The notes under the pieces are model-generated. The model saw nothing but the letters and a program-made list of their open reading frames with translations. It was not told where the DNA came from and ran no database searches. Source: Antechinus flavipes (lineage: Eukaryota). From it: a stretch of DNA of 64,000 nt. Positions 51,431-64,000 of this stretch are shown piece by piece. The stretch spans positions 472,998,001 through 473,062,000 of the forward strand of contig NC_067400.1 of assembly GCF_016432865.1 (NCBI RefSeq), read 5' to 3'. Numbering within the stretch: the first letter of the stretch is position 1; every line of letters starts with the position of its first letter. The translations under genes and the position numbers were made by a program.

Positions 51431-54400
51431 TTGTAAATTCCTAAGAATCTTAAGTCACTTCCAGGGCTGGGAAGAGCTTCCTTGGGTTCCACCTTATAAG
51501 AAAAGCCTGCCTCTTCCCCACCTGCCTCCAGAGAGACAAACTGTCCCTCAGCCCACTCTCTGCCCAGGAGGCGAATGAATGAGAGTGACAAAGGAAAAAG
51601 TCCATGAGGTTTCTCAAACAAGCCAGCCAGGTTTCAGGGAGCAAGTTCAGGCAGCATGGGAAGTCTTGTACCTGGGAGAGATGCCACAAGTATGTGGAGC
51701 AGGCCAGTCCAACTTGGGAGTCTGCCTTGCCTTGTACTTTTTTTTATTATTCACTCCTGGGAACTATGTTGCAGAAGAGTAGGAATTGGAGAAATTACCC
51801 CAATCCTAGAGCATAGGATTTAGAACTATGAATGTAGTCATCTAGTTCAAATCTCTGATTTTACAGAGCAAGGAACTAAGACCCAGGTACATTAAGTGTC
51901 CAAAAGTCTCATTTCCCATTCATTAATTCATTTTAAACAATGAGTACCTAAGATGCTTAAAGAAGCCCTCCCTGGGCCTGAAAACATGCAAAGCATCGTG
52001 GGAGGTGCAAAAATGAAGAAACTGCAAAGGATGATCATCCCCATCACCACATCATCCTATTCCTACTCCCCATCCTGCTCCTCCCTGCAGTGAAATAGAT
52101 ACAGTAGATGATGAGGGAATGGTATGGTAGAAAGAATATTGAACTCAGAATCATGGGCCTGAGTTCAAATCCTACTTCAGCTATTTATAACTACATTTGA
52201 CAAGTCATTCACCTGACTGTGCCTCAGTTCCTTCATCTATAAAAAGAAGGCATTTGTCTATATAACTCATAAAATTTCCTTCTAATCCAAATCTATAAAA
52301 TCCAAAAACTTTGTTTTTGTTTAGTCACTTTCAGTCATGTCCAACTCTTTATGATCCCATTTAGGATGTTCTTGGCAAAGTTACTGCAACAGCTTGCCAT
52401 TTCTTTCTCCAATTCACTTTATAGATAAGAAAACCCAGGCAAATGAGGTTAAGTGACTTGCCCAGAATCACACAGCTAATTCGTGTCTTAAGCCATATTT
52501 GAACTCAGGAAGATGTCTGCCTGATCCAAGCTCAATGCACTCTGTGCTATCCACTATCCCACCTAGTTGCCCCATTCCATAGCTAGATTTCATTGTTTTT
52601 TCTTCATGGTCCTTAGTCATGTCTCCATGGCCTCGGCCCTATTCCTTTCCTCTGCCTCACTAATTCCTCCTCCGACCAGCCATTATTTTGTCAGTAAGAA
52701 GCAAGAGATGTATTATTACTTTAATAAACGTCACCTAATCTATCACCTGAGCATTCTGAGATTCAGCAGCCCCCTCAAAAACTGTGTTGTTTCCCCAGGG
52801 AGGCTATGCAAAAAAAGGATGATATATTTTTATCATGCAAGCAAAGGCAAGAATAGGAGCTAACTCTGTTGGATGCAGAAAGAAGCAGGAACCAGTGGAG
52901 GAGGGGGAAGGGGGTTGACTAAATTTGTAGCTCAAAATCTGACTATGTGAACATAACCATGTCTAATTCCCAGTGTTTTCTCTATACCTGAAGTGCCAAA
53001 GGATATCATGCTTGCCCCCATCAGCTCCACAAAAAGGAGAAAGTAAGCATTAGAAGCTGGGTCCCAGTAGTGACTGGAAACCTTTGCTTTGGGCTGATAA
53101 AGAGCAGAGTGGGAATATTTCAGAGACACCGCTATTCATACTAATGACAGGGATTCCATTGGGCCTGGAGTTGATTTATCCACTCTCCTATAGTCCAAGC
53201 TGTCTCCTTAACACCTGAGTTCTGCACTGGCCAGGAAGGAAGTGCAGGAGAAAGCTTTGGACTGACTGTATCCCAGTAACATGTAGAAAAGGTTAATGTT
53301 ACTTACTGCTATTATTAGCAGATCCTGCCATCTGAGATGGCACCTTCACTTTGAAATTCACTCCTTTTTCAGGTCTCAGGTTAGGATTCCAATTCAACCA
53401 TCTCTAATCTGGCAGCATTCTCACTCCACTTACCTGGATGGGATGATAATAAGCATAATTTAGGTGATAGAAAAGGGAAAGAGGCAAAAATATGTCCATG
53501 CTAGTCTAAATGTCTCTCACATGAGATTCTGTGTAATAAATCATCTGGATGTTTCATTTGTTTTGTTATTGTTTTGAGGGTGACTTAAAATCAAGTGATT
53601 CTCCCAGTGTGAAAAGATATTCGGTGAAGGCATTGATTTTTTATATATAGGATTATTAGTGGCTAATTTTGAATCCCCAGATAGTTGCTGTAGTTATTGT
53701 TTTCAAGACAACTGGAGTTAAATAGTTTGCCCAATATCACACAGCTAGTAAGTGTCTGAGTCAGCTTTGTACTCAGGTTCTCCTAACTCCAGGACCTGTG
53801 CTATCTGACTGCTCCCCCTTTACCTTCCCTACCCCCAGCTAGTTCTATTGCTCTCCATCAGTCAGTTCTTGTCTATGGAATACAAAATTTTGACATTAGC
53901 CAAACTATATAACACGATTACCAAGGCAAATCTATACTGAATTTTTTAAAATACATTTTTTCTGTCTCTTCTTAACAGCATGTCCCAAACGTCATAGTAT
54001 AAGTTCAAACTTTAAAAAGTTCAGAAATTTAATTGCTACAAATTTACTATTTATCCCTCTGATTTCTGAACTTTGCTGCTCAGCAATTGAAAGGACTTAG
54101 ATCAATCAAAGAATGAGAATTTGATATAACCATGATAATTTTCATGTGACCCCATAAGAAAAGTCTAATGGAGATAGATCAAGTGATTAAGCTGGCCAGT
54201 GAAGAACAAAATGCATACTGATCCACAAGACTGAAAATGTCATCTCAAATTGTGACACCCTTACCATATCTTCTTAAAATATTATTGTTGGAAAGTTGCT
54301 AAGCAAAATAAGTATAAAATAAATTTAAATAAGTAAAATTTCAAATTACTTTTGCTAAGTTTATAGCACTTACACTTCTAAAAATTATTAAAGCTTAAAA

Positions 54401-55702
54401 TTTCACTAAGATTTTTTGGGATACTATATATGCATGTGTGTATATATAGGTCGCTGTGTTGTACATACAAATATGTTTATGTGTGCTCCTCCATTTTGCA
54501 ATGAGATTTCTGGGATAACATGTATATAAGTTTGTGTATTTATGTGTGTTGTACATACAAATATATTTATGTATTCATTATGCACTAAGATTTCTGGGAC
54601 AATTGTGTATATAAGTGTGTATGTATGTATCTGCATTGTATATGCAGATATTTCTGTTTTCTCCTCCATTCTGATGCATAACTAAGAACTGCCTAAAATT
54701 AAGTACAAAAGGAAGGACCAGGCAAGGTGAACTAAAAAGTCTGTTCTTGTAATTCTGTGATATGAAGATCAACGTCCTGTACATGAGGTCAAGTCTGCTT
54801 ACCTTGGATTGAGTTAGATTTGGCAATCTGGAGTCAATCACTCCCATTCCTTCCTGATAAACTGCCAGTCATTTTGCTTTGTCTGCTCTTGGAGTATCGT
54901 CTCATCCCTGTAGCCACAAAGATTATTAGTGATTTAGCAAGATGGACCCATTCTGTATCCCGCCATTAGTGAAGAGAGACCCTTTTAAGAAAATAAATAT
55001 TCTTTTGGAGTTTATATCCTTTACAAATCCTGCCCATCTGGAGTCCCAATTAAAGCTGAAAATGTGCCAGTTCCTATCCAGCTTCATGTGGTTTGTGATG
55101 AAAGTTTGTCTTTTATTGTCTATAATTCCAAATGACTCAATAATTGTCAAGGCTGCTTTTACTTGGGCTTCACCTCCCTCTAAGAAAAGCACGAATAGAT
55201 CACTGATCTTTGTTTTTAGGATAAAGTCTCTCTTTCAAACTAAAAAACCTTGGTTGGTTGGGGTGGTAAATATCTCTAAGCAAGTATTCCACAGATAGAT
55301 AACCACAGAACCAATTTTGGCATCTGGCTCCATACTGTTAGCTCAGGTTGCTAGGAAAGGGGAAATCCTTTACTTTTATCAGCTCTTGCTGATTCTACTC
55401 CAAAGATTATCCTATTACAAGTTTCAGACTCTTTAGGCCTTAGGCAAGAGAGCTTAAAAATTGAATTCCATAAAAGACTCAATTTTACTTGAAAATAAAA
55501 TACATTTTTCTTTATTAAAAAAAGAAATGTAATTATAACTGCCAAGAACATGGAACTATTTTGGAAAATGTCAAATCTGTAATACAGATAGAAATCTAGT
55601 AAAAGTCAAAAGAACCAAGCCCATGGATTATTCATTCAATATATAATTCTATTATTCCTTGATATAATACTTTAGCAATGAATCTGCTAATAATACCTGC
55701 TA

Positions 55703-55752
55703 ATAAATTATGCTTCAAAGCAAATATATATTTGCTTTGAAGCATAATTTAT
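55703..55752. repeat. Perfect 50-bp palindrome with no spacer
   Basis: ATAAATTATGCTTCAAAGCAAATAT|ATATTTGCTTTGAAGCATAATTTAT; the two arms are exact reverse complements. Confidence 0.97.
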
Positions 55753-58700
55753 ATATATATAGTTTTATATATATATAAAATTCTATCAAAATGATATATT
55801 CATAATACCTAGCTTTTTACATTATATTTTAAGATTCCAAAGTGTATTTCAAATATATTTTGCTTAACCCTTACAACAACTTTGCAAAGTAGGTACCTTT
55901 ATGTTACAGATAACAAAATTGAAGTTAGTTCACATAATTGGTATCTGAGACTACTTGAACTCATTTCTTTCTGACTTCAAGGCCAGCACTCTTTCCACTG
56001 AGCCACCTCGTTGCCTAATTAAAAAAAATTAGCACAAAGCAGCATGGGGTAAGTGGATAGAGAGATGCCCTCATGTCCTGCTTATACTGACAATGAATCA
56101 CCTGAAGCCCTAAGTGATCATCTAACAACAGGAAGTGAGTTACATCTGGAAAAATCTCTATATAAAATCTAATAAAAAAGTTTAATATATATACCTGAAC
56201 ACTAAGTCTAATAATATATACACATAGAACACTAGTTCTGACTGGCTTTCTGTGAGAGTTTCTTCAGCTGTCATCCAAAAAGTGCAGTGAAGCTCTGAGA
56301 GCCCCATGGACCAGGCTGGACAAAGGTTTTTAAGTTTTTTGGACCTAAGATTTCACAAAGGATATCAACTCATAGAAAGATTTGGATCTGTCGTGATGGA
56401 CAGGTATGTCTGGGATGTACTACTAAATGTTTAACAACTGGATCTCCGTGGGGAGAGGGAAAGATTCACAACATGCTTTTAAGTTTAAACTGCATTATTA
56501 ACATTTTCTCAAGTCTGGATAATCAGTATGACAATAAATAAAATCCTGATGAGTTCATTTTTCAGTTGTGCCTAACTGTCCATGACCCCATTTGGAGTTT
56601 TACTGGCAAAGATAAAGAAGTAGTTTGCAGTTTCCTTCTCCAGTTCATTTTACAGATAAGGAAACTGAGATAAACAGGATTAAGTGAATTGCCAGAGTCA
56701 CACAGCTAGTAAAAGTGTCAGAGGCCAGATTTTACCCACAAAATTGAGTTTTCCTGACTCCAGGTCCACCACATTATCATGGGACCATCTAGTTGCTATT
56801 CCTATTATGTAGTGTTTGCCAATTTCTGAAGTGTAAATACGCACACTGAAAATTTAGCAATTATTTTTCAAGAACAGGTACCAGATGATTCCAGTATGTC
56901 GCTAGCTATATCTTACATCAAGGAAACTATGGATAGTTTAGGTATTCTTAATAATAATGTTATTATTATCAAGGAGATATGGTATACTTGAGGATAATGA
57001 GTGAAGAGCAAAAGTCCACTTGTTTCTGTGTGAAAGGAGTTATTTTGAATCACACATTTTGAGTCATGCAGGGTAATTGTTGAGGATACTTCAGAGCTAA
57101 GAGAGATACCTTAGATACCATTTAGTCCAAGATTCACTTTTCAGAAAGGAAAACTGAGGGCCACCCATTAGAAAATAAACTCATCGCGAATCAGAATTGC
57201 TTCATTCATTGTACTTGTAACTTCATCTGGTCCATAGCAAGTACCTAATAAATACTTACTGGTTATTTGGTTGAGCTGTGAGTCTTGACCAAAGTCCACT
57301 AGACGGTAGCTACCAAAATAGGGTTCAAATCTTACCCATTAACAAGGAAAGCAGAGGAGCGGCTTATACGGCTCAGGGGATAAAGCACCAAGTATGGAAT
57401 CAAGATTTGAGTTCAAATCCAGCCCCAAATATGACATGAAGGAATATAAAGCTCCATGAAATTCTAATCATTGTGTAAGGATCTTAAAGTGAATGTACTT
57501 CTGCTTCCAACTACCTAAATCCTATCCATCCTTCAAGACCTAGCTTGTTTGAATCCTTATCTGACTGTTCCAGCTCAGTTTGAGCCCTCCTTCCTTGTAC
57601 CTCTTTTCTCACATGGTATTAATACCACTCAATGCCTTATCTCATCACACTGTAAACAAGTTACTGTAAGCATCTTCAGAAAAGTTTGTCTCCCACTTAT
57701 TTTCCCCTTGATTGACTGACACCACTTTAAGGATGATTGATTCCAGTTTCAAAGCACCTAGATTAGGCTTGCAGAGGAAAGTTGGCAAAGAGCAAAACAC
57801 AGCTAAACTACATAAAGACATGTGGACTCGGTTCTCTAGAGAGGAAGCTTGCATCCCTCTAATTTCCCCTGCAGAGAACAGCTTGACCCCAGAGATGACA
57901 GCAGGGGAACAGGGAGAAATTCTTCATCCAATATGGCAGCTGCCTCAGCCAGATGCATTGGAGTATGGTGAAGTGATGGGGAAGCTCTAAGACAGGTAGA
58001 AGAGATTCTGGGATCAAAGAAAGTTCCTGGATACTGAGGAAGTTTCTTGATCAAGTCTTTTGGAGAAATAAGGAGAAATCTGTGGACAATACTGGATGCT
58101 GAACCAGGTAAAGGAGTCCATGGACCAAAAGCTCTTATTGTCTTCATCCTTTGACGTAATGTAGACATGTTCCCTAAGGAACTTCATATCTGAATTATTA
58201 GGCAGGAAAATAAAGGCCTTGAGATTTAGCACTAAATGCTTGAAGAAGGCAAAAATACAGATTTATTCGTCTAGTTCATTAGTGTCAAACCCAAATAGAA
58301 ATGAGAAACGGGGCCACTAGCACGTATATAAGAATCCCTGTGAGCTGTGTATTTGCTTAGAAAACCACTTTATAACTAAAACACATTATCTATATTTTTA
58401 TTGTATTATTATTATTCATTTTGTTAAATATTCGCCAGATAATGTTTAAACTGTTTTTCTCATACTGGGTGATCTGTGACTCATATGACAGCCATATGCT
58501 TGTCTGCTCTGAAAGGTTGACTTTATTGCTTGCTGCTTTTTGGGTCCAAGTCTTGCTTAGTTCTTGAATTTCTTCACAGAGTCCAACCACAGAGTATACT
58601 CTAAGAATTCCTCATTACGTCTGGCAGTTCTGGTCCTAGAATTCTGCCTGCTCAGGAACTCCTCCACCCATTTCCTGCAGTGCCATCATTGCTGACAAGT

Positions 58701-59269
58701 TCCATCAGATCATGGATTTCCCCAGGAGTTCCTTCTTTACTTTTGCTTTGCTCTCTATGGTTTCCACCACTTCTGAAACCTGGATGTATAAGTTTCCCCT
58801 CCAGGCAACCAAAGAGTTTCTCTGTTAGCTCACAGTTCAGGTACTCTGCTTTTCCCTTTTAAAGTTCTAATCCCAATATTCTGAAACTGGTCATGAGTCA
58901 GTCACCCTTACTGTAGTGTCAATGAGCCAAAGATTATACAAGAAATGGATTGTCCACACTCTACATTAACCACTTTGTTCAGGTTCCTCCTAATCAGAAT
59001 CTTTACATATGTTTGATGAAGACAAGTTCATGTGTTTCTCATGATCTTCATGAGATGAGAAGTAGGCAAAGCAGACTAGAAGGCAACTATTTCATTTTTT
59101 TTTAGGAAAATTTAATTTATATCAATAAAATTTACTTTTTTATTCAACAAACACCAAACAAAAAAAGCTTATCAGAAATAGATATACATTTGTAAAATTT
59201 AGGCATCTTCATTAAACTATAAAACATCCACCAATAATCTATCAAAAAAAAGTTTTGGTAATTGTTTAC

Positions 59270-59820
59270 TTTCTTTTTGTTCTCAATAGTATTTTATTTT
59301 TCCAAATACATGTAAAGATAGTTTTCAACATTCATTTTCACAAGATTTTGTATTCCAATTTTTTCTCACTCCCTCCCCAAGACAGCAAGCAATCTGATAC
59401 AAGTTATACTTGTACAATTCTTTTAAACATATTCCATATTTGACATGTTATGCAAGAAAAATCAGACCAAAAGGGAAAAAACCATGAGAAAGAAAAAGCA
59501 AACAAAAAATGATGAAAATACTATGTTTCAATCCACATTCAGCCTCCATTCGGATGTGGATGGCATTTTCCCTCCCAAGTCTATTGGAATTGTCTTGAAT
59601 CATCACAGTGCTGAGAAGAACTTAGTCTATCATAATTGATCATCACATAATTTTTCACAATATTATTGTAATTCTGCTCATTTCACTTAGCATCAGTTCA
59701 TTTAAGTCTTTCCAGGCTTTTGATCATTTCTTATAAAATAATATTCCATTACATTCATGTACCACAAATTATTCAGCCATTTCTCAATTGATGGGCATCC
59801 ACTCAATTTCCAATTCCTTA
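59270..59820 (-). mobile_element. Truncated L1 3' end
   Basis: Clearly homologous to the copies at 11.8-12.5 kb and 23.4-23.9 kb (ctcaatagtattttatttttccaaatacatg...cattcagccatttctcaattgatggg). Confidence 0.8.
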
Positions 59821-60839
59821 AAGCAAGGTACTTTAGAGAGTTTTGTATCTGGATAGGTTATTGGAGCTTCCAATAAGCTAGTTGACCAGATGCCATATTT
59901 TTTTAAAATCCATCCTGAAATTATGGAATCCTGTGTACTTAAAAATAATCTTGTTATATAATTTTATAATTTGATGGCAAGTGCACAGGAAAAGCAAAAA
60001 GAAAATTTATTTTTCATTTATTGTTATCATTTAATTAAAATATAGCAGATCCTGTAGGAGGGAAATAGACCCACCCCTTATTTTCTCATTCAGTGTACTC
60101 AAGTTTTGCATTTTCTGGAAGTTAGAAAAGTTCTCTTTATGGTCATTTTAATTTCATCCAACACACATTTATTTCCTACCTACTGTTGATATGTCAGGAT
60201 TCTAGGGACTGTGGGGACAACAAAAAAAAATAGTTGGCATTCACACTTCTTCAGGAAAATGCCAGAGACATAAAAAGGCCACATATTTTAATCTTGCCCA
60301 GATTTCTCCTCACACACTTTACACATACACAGAATCCTTTTGCACGAGCCACCTCCCAAGGAATACAGTCAAAGCAAAAGATAGGGAAGGGAAATGATGT
60401 TACCTCTCTCTTAAGCCATTTAACTGATTTCACCCTGGACCCGTTTCCTAACTTCCTTTGGGAAGGCCAAAGATTATTTTCATAACTTTTCCAACAACCA
60501 TTTGCGGAGATACCACAAAGAAAATCCTTTGAAGAGCTTCCAGTAAGCTTTTTTTTCTTTAGATGAGGAAAGGGAGTGAATGTTTCTTCCCATAAAATAT
60601 AATTGTATTCTTCTCTGATGCCACAGCAGCTTTAATAAAGAAGATCAAGTAAGATCACCTGATATAAGGAATGTGAAGAATATCAGTGATCGTAAAAAGC
60701 TGTGGATGGGGGTGACTGCCACTCAGAGGGGAATGCACCTGTTTTGGGGTCCCTCGTGAGTTTTTTGGAGGAAGGCAGAGATGGAGTGAGAAGTAAAGGG
60801 GTCTGAGGTTGAAAAGACATTCAAAATAAAGTTTAAGCT

Positions 60840-62105
60840 AGGAAAGGAAAAGAAAGGAAAGGGGAAGGGGAAGAGAAAGGGAAAGGGAAAGAGAAAGGAA
60901 AAGGGTAAAGGAAGGGAAAGGGAAAGGAAAAAAAGACAGGGAAAGGAAAAGAGAAAGGGAAAAGGAAAAGAGAAAGGAAAAGGGAAAAGGAAAGTGAAAG
61001 GGAATGGAAAAGAGACAGGGAAAGGAAAAGAGAGAGGAAAAGGGAAAGGAAAAGAGAAAGGGAAAGGAAAAGAGACAGGGAAAAGAAAAAGAGAAAGGGA
61101 AAGGGAAAGAAAAAAAGAAAGGGAAAGAGAAAGGGAAAGGGAAAGAGACAGGGAAAGGAAAAGAGAAAGGGAAAAGGAAAAGAGAAAGGAAAAGGGAAAA
61201 GGAAAGCGAAAGGGAAAGAAAAAGAGACAGGGAAAGGAAAAGAGAGAGGGAAAGGGAAAGGAAAAGAGAAAGGGAAAGGAAAAGAGAAAGGGAAAGGAAA
61301 AGACACAGGGAAAGGAAAAGAGAAAGGGAAAGGGAAAGAAAAAGAGAAAGGGAAAGGAAAAGAAAGGGAAAGGGAAAGGAAAAGAGACAGGGAAAGGAAA
61401 AGAGAAAGGGAAAGAAAAAGAGAAAGGGAAAGGGAAAGAGAAAGGGAAAGAAAAAGAGAAAGGGGAAGGAGAAGAGGAAGGGAAAGAGAAAGGGAAATAG
61501 GAAAAATAAAGAGAAGGNNNNNNNNNNNNNNNNNNNNNNNNNNNNNNNNNNNNNNNNNNNNNNNNNNNNNNNNNNNNNNNNNNNNNNNNNNNNNNNNNNN
61601 NNNNNNNNNNNNNNNNNNNNNNNNNNNNNNNNNNNNNNNNNNNNNNNNNNNNNNNNNNNNNNNNNNNNNNNNNNNNNNNNNNNNNNNNNNNNNNNNNNNN
61701 NNNNNNNNNNNNNNNNNNNNNNNNNNNNNNNNNNNNNNNNNNNNNNNNNNNNNNNNNNNNNNNNNNNNNNNNNNNNNNNNNNNNNNNNNNNNNNNNNNNN
61801 NNNNNNNNNNNNNNNNNNNNNNNNNNNNNNNNNNNNNNNNNNNNNNNNNNNNNNNNNNNNNNNNNNNNNNNNNNNNNNNNNNNNNNNNNNNNNNNNNNNN
61901 NNNNNNNNNNNNNNNNNNNNNNNNNNNNNNNNNNNNNNNNNNNNNNNNNNNNNNNNNNNNNNNNNNNNNNNNNNNNNNNNNNNNNNNNNNNNNNNNNNNN
62001 NNNNNNNNNNNNNNNNNNNNNNNNNNNNNNNNNNNNNNNNNNNNNNNNNNNNNNNNNNNNNNNNNNNNAAAAAGGAAGAGTGAAAGAAAAAGAGAAGAAA
62101 GAAAA
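60840..62105. repeat. Homopurine/homopyrimidine low-complexity repeat (GGGAAA/GGAAAA/GAGAAA hexamers, ~18-mer higher order), interrupted by an N gap
   Basis: 60840-61517 is almost exclusively A/G on the + strand, with recurring gagaaagggaaaggaaaa. Purine sequence resumes at 62069 after 551 N. Confidence 0.95.
61518..62068. other. Assembly gap (551 N) inside the purine tract
   Basis: N run flanked by A/G-only sequence on both sides. Confidence 0.99.
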
Positions 62106-62220
62106 CTTTACACAATTAAGTTCCTGGGTCATTTTTTCCCCCCAGAATGTCTGCACAAGAAGGTTCCCATCTGCTGTGGGGTTTCCAGTATGAAATCCAT
62201 TACTCTTGAGCCAGTGAACA

Positions 62221-62900
62221 TTTGCACAACACATGAGGTGGAATAGCCACCGGAGCCAAGATCCGTTCCATATACACCCCAGGGCAGATTGGTCCCTCTC
62301 CAGCATCAACCTCAGTGGGATTAACCACTTACTCCAGTGCAGAATGCTGGGTAATGAATCCCAGATCCAACTGGAGCCTGTGTTCCAAAGAGTCACGTGC
62401 GCCCTGCTTGTAGGTACACCCTAGCTGGATGCACCTCGGGACCGCTCTGGAAGCTGGAGAGCAGCCTGGCAGCGGCCCAGAGCCCAGGGCACCACTGAGC
62501 CCCTGGGCAGCAGGAGGGGGCCGTGGCAGAAGGCCAGGGCAGGGAGGCGCTTCTAATCCAGCCCCTTCCTTTCACCGATGGCAGAGGGGAGGCTTTCTGG
62601 ATGGGTGGGTCCAGGCTTTTAGACGGGTCTCCCCCCCTGCAGGTGTGTGCCCTGTCTGCCTTTCTGGGAGACGGGCATTTCCCGGGGGAGAGGTCCGGGC
62701 GGCCCTCGGGGGACTGCAGCTCGGGGAGAGGCGGCCTCTGTGCACCCTTTTCTGGCACTCCCAGGCTGGCACGCCTCCTCTTCCGCTGTCTCCGGAGAGG
62801 AGCGAGGCAGGAAAATGCGTTTCAGCAGGCTTAGAGTCACGCCCAGGGAGTCTGTGACAGGCCAGGATGCCCATGATAAGGGCATAATTTAACTGGAATG
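62221..62900. promoter_or_regulatory. GC/CpG-rich intergenic patch (candidate regulatory element)
   Basis: About 24 CpG by manual count in ~660 nt, and GTCACGTG at 62392-62399. No splice-supported coding signal. Confidence 0.35.
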
Positions 62901-63859
62901 AAGAACAAATGATGTTCAGTGACTCCTCCAAGATAAGGTACAATGTGGGCGTCTCTGTTCCTATAGACTCAGTCGGTCCTCCCCAGAGACAGAGCAGGGA
63001 ATTCAGTCAGGGGAAGAAAGAGCAAAGGTGAGAGACTTGGGGGCAGAAAGGCTCCCACAGGTTAATTTTCTCAATTTCAGGGTTAAAAAAACGTGCTTTT
63101 TGGTTAAGATTTTAAGTCACTTGCCATAGTCACACATAGAGCAAGTGTCCAAGGCAGGATCTGAGCCGGGCTCCTCTCAGCGCTACCCCAGGACCCTACC
63201 ACTGCACCACCAAGAGAACATTGCTGTTTTAATTGAAATCTTCCACTTGGTTTTCTCTAGACCTAAGTCTAATAGAGTTGGAAGGAACCTTACAACCCAT
63301 CCAGATCAAATCATACCTAAATAATGAAAACCACTTAAACCTTCTTTAGGCCAATGTTAACTTTCATAAGCTGTTTTCAATCATTGTTACATGTCAAGTT
63401 ACAGCCTGAACTTTCCTGGAGTCTACCCCTACCCACAGGAAAATTTCCCTGAACTATTGTCTCCATTTTCTCACATACAGCTGAGGGGAGTGATGTCTGC
63501 TCTTCCTGATTCAGTCTTCTCTTTTCTCTGGTTTTCCTGTGATTTGATACTTATGTCTCTAAAAAGCACCTTTTCTGCTCATCACATTCGGGCTGGTTCT
63601 TTTCTTACCCATCTATTAGGGATTAATTATAATCCTCTCAGCAGAGACTTTCTTGGCTCCGTTGCCTTTATAATTAATAAAGACAAATTCAGCTGGGCTG
63701 GAGGGAAGATTTCAGGCCTTTAAGGAGACAGATATCTACCTATCACAGGGCTTACAAAATACATCGAGTCCAATCCTCCTATTTTATAGGTGAGGAAACT
63801 GAGGTAACTGATTGTTTACATTATGCAGGATTCTTTATCAGGGTGAAAGTCGATCGATC

Positions 63860-63962
63860 AATAAATATTTTTAAGCACCCACTATGTGCCAGGCTCTGTG
63901 CTAAGCACTGGGGATACAAAAAGAGGCAAATGACAGTCCTGCCCTCAAGAAATTTATAATCT
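63860..63962 (-). mobile_element. L2 LINE 3'-end fragment
   Basis: taagcacccactatgtgccaggctctgtgctaagcactggggatacaaa...cctgccctcaag. Similar fragments at about 2410-2530, 38410-38530 and 38915-39015. Confidence 0.7.
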
Positions 63963-64000
63963 AACTCCCTCAACCAAAGCACTCTAGAAACCACTCTGCT

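Noticed and set aside
53326-53342. 17-bp inverted repeat TGCCATCT-G-AGATGGCA
   Set aside because: 8-bp arms are expected by chance in a window of this size.
54942-55298. 118-aa ORF downstream of SNX19
   Set aside because: No recognisable domain, no splice or promoter support, and an overlapping antisense ORF of similar size.
60723-62396. Long ORFs (557, 425, 359, 168, 157 aa) rich in K/E/G/R or F/P/S/L
   Set aside because: Artefacts of a stop-free purine repeat plus a 551-N gap.
62393-62943. Several overlapping 81-142 aa ORFs on both strands
   Set aside because: Expected from low stop-codon frequency in GC-rich DNA; none resembles a known protein.

Overview
This is eukaryotic genomic DNA from a marsupial, most likely a dasyurid such as the Tasmanian devil or a relative (inferred from WSINE1-like and RTE-tailed CORE-SINEs and marsupial-type L1 3' ends). 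It contains four scaffold N-gaps. The window holds the 3' part of SNX19 (sorting nexin 19) on the + strand: seven coding exons (5-11 by analogy to the human 11-exon gene) at 2897-3027, 4269-4365, 4895-5084, 11044-11173, 46015-46199, 46803-46890 and 49121-49253. All splice sites are GT-AG with consistent phases, and intron 8 spans about 34.8 kb. The remainder is intronic or intergenic sequence rich in SINE, L1, L2, CR1/L3 and DNA-transposon remnants, plus an antisense 7SL retrocopy. I found no CRISPR array, intact mobile element, viral insertion or second protein-coding gene, and I cannot support a new biological system. The most notable oddities are: (1) an 8 x 200 bp tandem array in intron 7 that ends exactly at a CTCF motif and multiplies a candidate poison pseudo-exon; (2) an AG|GT recursive-type splice architecture at exon 9, whose skipping would give an NMD-escaping truncated protein; (3) a perfect 50-bp palindrome and a 20-bp-stem hairpin; (4) a homopurine tract of at least 0.68 kb; (5) CpG-enriched enhancer-like patches. 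Repeat-family names and boundaries are from recognition by eye and are approximate.
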